Below, one piece after another: positions 56,501 to 64,000 of a stretch of 64,000 nt of DNA (position 1 is its first letter; each line of letters opens with the position of its first letter). The stretch covers positions 236,220,001 through 236,284,000 of the forward strand of contig OZ024740.1 of the NCBI GenBank assembly GCA_964016885.1, read 5' to 3'. A model generated the notes under the pieces. The model ran no database searches. It was not told where the DNA came from and saw only the letters and a program-made list of their open reading frames with translations. This DNA is from Eledone cirrhosa (Eukaryota). Made by a program: the position numbers and the translations under genes.

Positions 56501-59500
56501 CCACAGCATACAGTTACTACAACACCTCTACCTTCACTACCATACAACAGCACACCATACGGTCACTACAAAACCTCTACCTTCACTACCATACAACACC
56601 ACACCATACAGTCACTACAACACCTCTACCTTCACCTCCATACAACACCACACCATACAGTCACTACAACACCTCTACCTTCACTATCTTACAACACCAC
56701 ACTATACAGTCACTACAACACCTCTACTTTCACTACCATACAACACCACACCATACAATCAATACAACACCTCTACCTTCACTATCATACAACACCACAC
56801 CATACAGTCACTACAACACCTCTACCTTCACTACCATACAACAGCACACTATACAGTCACTACAACACCTCTACCTTCACTACCATACAACACCACACCA
56901 TACAGTCACTACAACACCTCTACCTTCACTACCATACAACACCACACCATACAGTCACTACAACACCCCTACCTTCACTACCATACAACACCACACTATA
57001 CAGTCACTACAACACCTCTACCTTCACTACCATACAACACCACACCATACAGTCACTGCAACACCTCTACCTTCACTACCATACAACACCACACCATACA
57101 GTTACTACAACACCTCTACATTCACTACCATACAACACCACACTATACAGTCACTACAACACCTCTACCTTCACCACCATACAACACCACACCATACAGT
57201 CACTACAACACCTCTACCTTCACTACCATACAACACAACACCATACAGTCAATACAACACCTCTACATTCACTACCATACAACACCACACCATACAGTCA
57301 CTGCAACACCTCTATCTTCACTACCATACAACACCACACTATACAGTCACTACAACACCTCTACCTTCACTACCATACAACACCACACCATACAGTCACT
57401 ACAACACCTCTACCTTCACTACCATACAACACCACACCATACAGTCAATACAACACCTCTACCTTCACTACCATACAACACCACACCATACAGTCACTAC
57501 AACACCTCTACCTTCACTACCATACAACACCACACCATACAGTCACTACAAGACCTCTACCTTCACTACCATACAACACCACACCATACAGTCACTACAA
57601 CACCTCTACCTTCACTACCATACAACACCACACCATACAACACCAAACCATACATTCACTACAACACCTCTACCTTCACTACCATACAACACCACACCAT
57701 ACAGTCAATACAACACCTCTACCTTCACTACCATACAACACCACACCATACAGTCACTACAACACCTCTACCTTCACTACCATACAACACCACGCTATAC
57801 AGTCACTACAACACCTCTACCTTCACTATCATACAACACCACACCATACAGTCACTACAGCACCTCTACCTTCACTACCATACAACACCACACTATACAG
57901 TCACTACAACACCTCTACCTTCACTACCATACAACACCACATTATACAGTCACTACAACACCTCTACCTTCACAACCATACAACACCACACCATACAGTC
58001 ACTACAACACCTCTACCTTCACTACCATACAACACCACACTATACAGTCACTACAACACCTCTACCTTCACTACCATACAACACCACACCATACAGTCAC
58101 TACAACACCTCTTCCTTCACTACCATACAACACCACAGCATACAGTCAGTACACCACCTCTACCTTCACTACCATACAACACCACACTATACAGTCACTA
58201 CAACACCTCTACCTTCACTACCATACAACACCACACCATACAGTCACTACAACACCTCTACCTTCACTACCATACAACACCACACTATACAGTCACTACA
58301 ACACCTCTACCTTCACTACCATACAACACCACACCATACAGTCAGTACACCACCTCTACCTTCACTACCATACAACACCACACCATACAGTCACTACAAC
58401 ACCTCTACCTACACTACCATACAACACCACACCATACAGTCCCTACAACACATCTACCTTCACTACCATACAACACCACACCATACAGTCACTACAACAC
58501 CTCTACCTTCACTACCATACAACACCACACCATACAGTTACTACACCACCTCTACCTTCACTACCATACAACACCACACCATACAGTCACTACAACACCT
58601 CTACCTTCACTACCATACAACACCACACCATACAGTCACTACAACACCTCTACCTTCACTACCATACAACACCACACCATACAGTCACTACAACACCTCT
58701 ACCTTCACTACCATACAACACAAAACCATACAGTCACTACAGCACCTCTACCTTCACTACCATACAACACCACACCATACAGTCACTACAACACCTCTAC
58801 CTTCACTACCATACAACACCACACCATACAGTCAATACAACACCTCTACCTTCACTACCATACAACACCACACCATACAGTCACTACAACACCTCTACCT
58901 TCACTACCATACAACACCACACCATACAGTCACTACAAGACCTCTACCTTCACTACCATACAACACCACACCATACAGTCACTACAACACCTCTACCTTC
59001 ACTACCATACAACACCACACCATACAACACCAAACCATACATTCACTACAACACCTCTACCTTCACTACCATACAACACCACACCATACAGTCAATACAA
59101 CACCTCTACCTTCACTACCATACAACACCACACCATACAGTCACTACAACACCTCTACCTTCACTACCATACAACACCACGCTATACAGTCACTACAACA
59201 CCTCTACCTTCACTATCATACAACACCACACCATACAGTCACTACAGCACCTCTACCTTCACTACCATACAACACCACACTATACAGTCACTACAACACC
59301 TCTACCTTCACTACCATACAACACCACATTATACAGTCACTACAACACCTCTACCTTCACAACCATACAACACCACACCATACAGTCACTACAACACCTC
59401 TACCTTCACTACCATACAACACCACACTATACAGTCACTACAACACCTCTACCTTCACTACCATACAACACCACACCATACAGTCACTACAACACCTCTT

Positions 59501-62500
59501 CCTTCACTACCATACAACACCACAGCATACAGTCAGTACACCACCTCTACCTTCACTACCATACAACACCACACTATACAGTCACTACAACACCTCTACC
59601 TTCACTACCATACAACACCACACCATACAGTCACTACAACACCTCTACCTTCACTACCATACAACACCACACTATACAGTCACTACAACACCTCTACCTT
59701 CACTACCATACAACACCACACCATACAGTCAGTACACCACCTCTACCTTCACTACCATACAACACCACACCATACAGTCACTACAACACCTCTACCTACA
59801 CTACCATACAACACCACACCATACAGTCCCTACAACACATCTACCTTCACTACCATACAACACCACACCATACAGTCACTACAACACCTCTACCTTCACT
59901 ACCATACAACACCACACCATACAGTTACTACACCACCTCTACCTTCACTACCATACAACACCACACCATACAGTCACTACAACACCTCTACCTTCACTAC
60001 CATACAACACCACACCATACAGTCACTACAACACCTCTACCTTCACTACCATACAACACCACACCATACAGTCACTACAACACCTCTACCTTCACTACCA
60101 TACAACACAAAACCATACAGTCACTACAGCACCTCTACCTTCACTACCATACAACACCACACCATACAGTCACTACAACACCTCTACCTTCACTACCATA
60201 CAACACCACACCATACAGTCACTACAACACCTCTATCTTCACTACCATACAACACCACACCATACAGTCACTACAACACCTCTACCTTCACTACCATACA
60301 ACACCACACCATACAGTCACTACAACACCTCTACCTTCACTACCATACAACACCACACCACAGTCACTACAACACCTCTACCTTCACTACCATACAACAC
60401 CACACTATACAGTCACTACAACACCTCTACCTTCACTACCATACAACACCACACCATACATTCACTACAACACCCCTACCTTCACTACCATACAACACCA
60501 CACTATACCATCACTACAACACCTCTACTTTCACTACCATACAACAGCACACCATACAGTCACTACAACACCTCTACCTTCACTACCATACAACACCACA
60601 CCATACAGCCACTACAACACCTCTACCTTCACTACCATACAACACCACACCATACAGTCACTACAACACCTTCACCTTCACTACCATACAACACCAAACC
60701 ATAGTCACTACAACACCTCTACCTTCACTACCATACAACACCACACTATACAGTCACTACAACACCTCTACCTTCACTACCATACAACACCACACCATAC
60801 AGTCACTACAACACCTCTACCTTCACTATCATACAACACCACACCATTCAGTCACTACAACACCTCTACCTTCACTACCATACAACACCTCACCATACAG
60901 TCACTACAACACCTCTACCTTCACTATCATACAACACCACACCATACAGTCACTACAACACCTCTACCCTCACTACCATACAACACCACACCATACAGTC
61001 ACTACAACACCTCTACCTTCACTACCATACAACACCACACCATACAGTCACTACAACACCTCTACCTTCACTACCATACAACACCACACCATACAGTCAC
61101 TACAACACCTCTACCTTCACTACCATACAACACCACACCATACAGTCACTACAACACCTCTACCTTCACTACCATACAACACCACACCATACAGTCACTA
61201 CAACACCTCTACCTTCACTACCATACAACACCACACCATACAGTCACTACAAAACTTCTACCTTCACTACCATACAACACCACACCATACAGTCACTACA
61301 ACACCTTTACCTTCACTACCATACAACACCACACCATACAGTCACTACAGCTCCTCTACCTTCACTACCATACGACACCACACCATACAGTCACTACAAC
61401 ACCTCTACCTTCACTACCATACAACACCAGACCATACAGTCACTACAACACCTCTACCTTCACTACCATACAATACCACACCATACAGTCACTACAACAC
61501 CTCTACCTTCACTACAATACAACACCACACCATACAGTCACTACAACACCTCTACCTTCACTACCATATAACACCACAGCATACAGTTACTACAACACCT
61601 CTACCTTCACTACCATACAACAGCACACCATACGGTCACTACAAAACCTCTACCTTCACTACCATACAACACCACACCATACAGTCACTACAACACCTCT
61701 ACCTTCACCTCCATACAACACCACACCATACAGTCACTACAACACCTCTACCTTCACTATCTTACAACACCACACTATACAGTCACTACAACACCTCTAC
61801 TTTCACTACCATACAACACCACACCATACAATCAATACAACACCTCTACCTTCACTATCATACAACACCACACCATACAGTCACTACAACACCTCTACCT
61901 TCACTACCATACAACAGCACACTATACAGTCACTACAACACCTCTACCTTCACTATCATACAACACCACACCATACAGTCACTACAACACCTCTACCTTC
62001 ACTACCATACAACACCACACCATACAGTCACTCCAACACCTCTACCTTCACTACCATACAACACCACACCATACAGTCACTACAACACCTCTACCTTCAC
62101 TACCATACAACACCACACCATACAGTCACTACAACACCCCTACCTTCACTACCATACAACACCCCACACTATACAGTCACTACAACACCTCTACCTTCAC
62201 TACCATACAACACCACACCACAGTCACTACAACACCTCTACCTTCACTACCATACAACACCACACCATACAGACACTACAACACATCTACCTTCACTACC
62301 ATACAACACCACACTATACAGTCACTACAACACCTCTACCTTCACTACCATACAACACCACACCATACAGTCACTGCAACACCTCTACCTTCACTACCAT
62401 ACAACACCACACCATACAGTCACTACAACACCTCTACATTCACTACCATACAACACCACACTATACAGTCACTACAACACCTCTACCTTCACCACCATAC

Positions 62501-64000
62501 AACACCACACCATACAGTCACTACAACACCTCTACCTTCACTACCATACAACACAACACCATACAGTCAATACAACACCTCTACATTCACTACCATACAA
62601 CACCACACCATACAGTCACTGCAACACCTCTATCTTCACTACCATACAACACCACACTATACAGTCACTACAACACCTCTACCTTCACTACCATACAACA
62701 CCACACCATACAGTCACTACAACACCTCTACCTTCACTACCATACAACACCACACCATACAGTCAATACAACACCTCTACCTTCACTACCATACAACACC
62801 ACACCATACAGTCACTACAACACCTCTACCTTCACTACCATACAACACCACACCATACAGTCACTACAAGACCTCTACCTTCACTACCATACAACACCAC
62901 ACCATACAGTCACTACAACACCTCTACCTTCACTACCATACAACACCACACCATACAACACCAAACCATACATTCACTACAACACCTCTACCTTCACTAC
63001 CATACAACACCACACCATACAGTCAATACAACACCTCTACCTTCACTACCATACAACACCACACCATACAGTCACTACAACACCTCTACCTTCACTACCA
63101 TACAACACCACGCTATACAGTCACTACAACACCTCTACCTTCACTATCATACAACACCACACCATACAGTCACTACAGCACCTCTACCTTCACTACCATA
63201 CAACACCACACTATACAGTCACTACAACACCTCTACCTTCACTACCATACAACACCACATTATACAGTCACTACAACACCTCTACCTTCACTACCATACA
63301 ACACCACACCATACAGTCACTACAACACCTCTACCTTCACTACCATACAACACCACACTATACAGTCACTACAACACCTCTACCTTCACTACCATACAAC
63401 ACCACACCATACAGTCACTACAACACCTCTTCCTTCACTACCATACAACACCACAGCATACAGTCAGTACACCACCTCTACCTTCACTACCATACAACAC
63501 CACACTATACAGTCACTACAACACCTCTACCTTCACTACCATACAACACCACACCATACAGTCACTACAACACCTCTACCTTCACTACCATACAACACCA
63601 CACTATACAGTCACTACAACACCTCTACCTTCACTACCATACAACACCACACCATACAGTCAGTACACCACCTCTACCTTCACTACCATACAACACCACA
63701 CCATACAGTCACTACAACACCTCTACCTACACTACCATACAACACCACACCATACAGTCCCTACAACACATCTACCTTCACTACCATACAACACCACACC
63801 ATACAGTCACTACAACACCTCTACCTTCACTACCATACAACACCACACCATACAGTTACTACACCACCTCTACCTTCACTACCATACAACACCACACCAT
63901 ACAGTCACTACAACACCTCTACCTTCACTACCATACAACACCACACCATACAGTCACTACAACACCTCTACCTTCACTACCATACAACACCACACCATAC
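26503..64000 (+). repeat. 49-bp satellite array, consensus CAGTCACTACAACACCTCTACCTTCACTACCATACAACACCACACCATA, ~765 units, continuing beyond the window
   Basis: Continuous head-to-tail units in one orientation, typically 0-2 substitutions per unit, with recurrent 47-, 46- and 50-bp length variants and no visible foreign insertions. Confidence 0.98.

Noticed and set aside
26503-64000. CRISPR-like array
   Set aside because: Units are contiguous with no unique spacers, there are no cas genes, and the context is eukaryotic.
26503-64000. Telomeric repeat
   Set aside because: No TTAGGG-type unit, and the G-rich strand points toward the unique flank, opposite to a chromosome end lying to the right.

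Overview
Eukaryotic, AT-rich, repeat-dominated DNA with no credible host protein-coding gene. The SINE, RTE and (TA)n/(CAT)n repeat content resembles octopod cephalopod genomes; this is my inference from recalled repeat sequences, not a search result. Bases 1-26.4 kb are a transposon graveyard: an R4/Dong-type non-LTR remnant, an internally deleted RTE-BovB-like element, at least eight other RTE-type fragments, Penelope-like (PLE) GIY-YIG remnants, tRNA-derived SINEs and TTAA-flanked piggyBac-like MITEs. Many of the youngest inserts sit exactly inside (TA)n tracts. Several PLE-type pieces carry minimal hammerhead-ribozyme motifs, and three inserts are long fold-back hairpins abutting (TA)n. 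From about 26.5 kb to the window end is an uninterrupted 49-bp satellite (about 765 units, 1 G per unit on the + strand) with kilobase-scale higher-order duplications. Its long ORFs are by-products of the repeat's composition.
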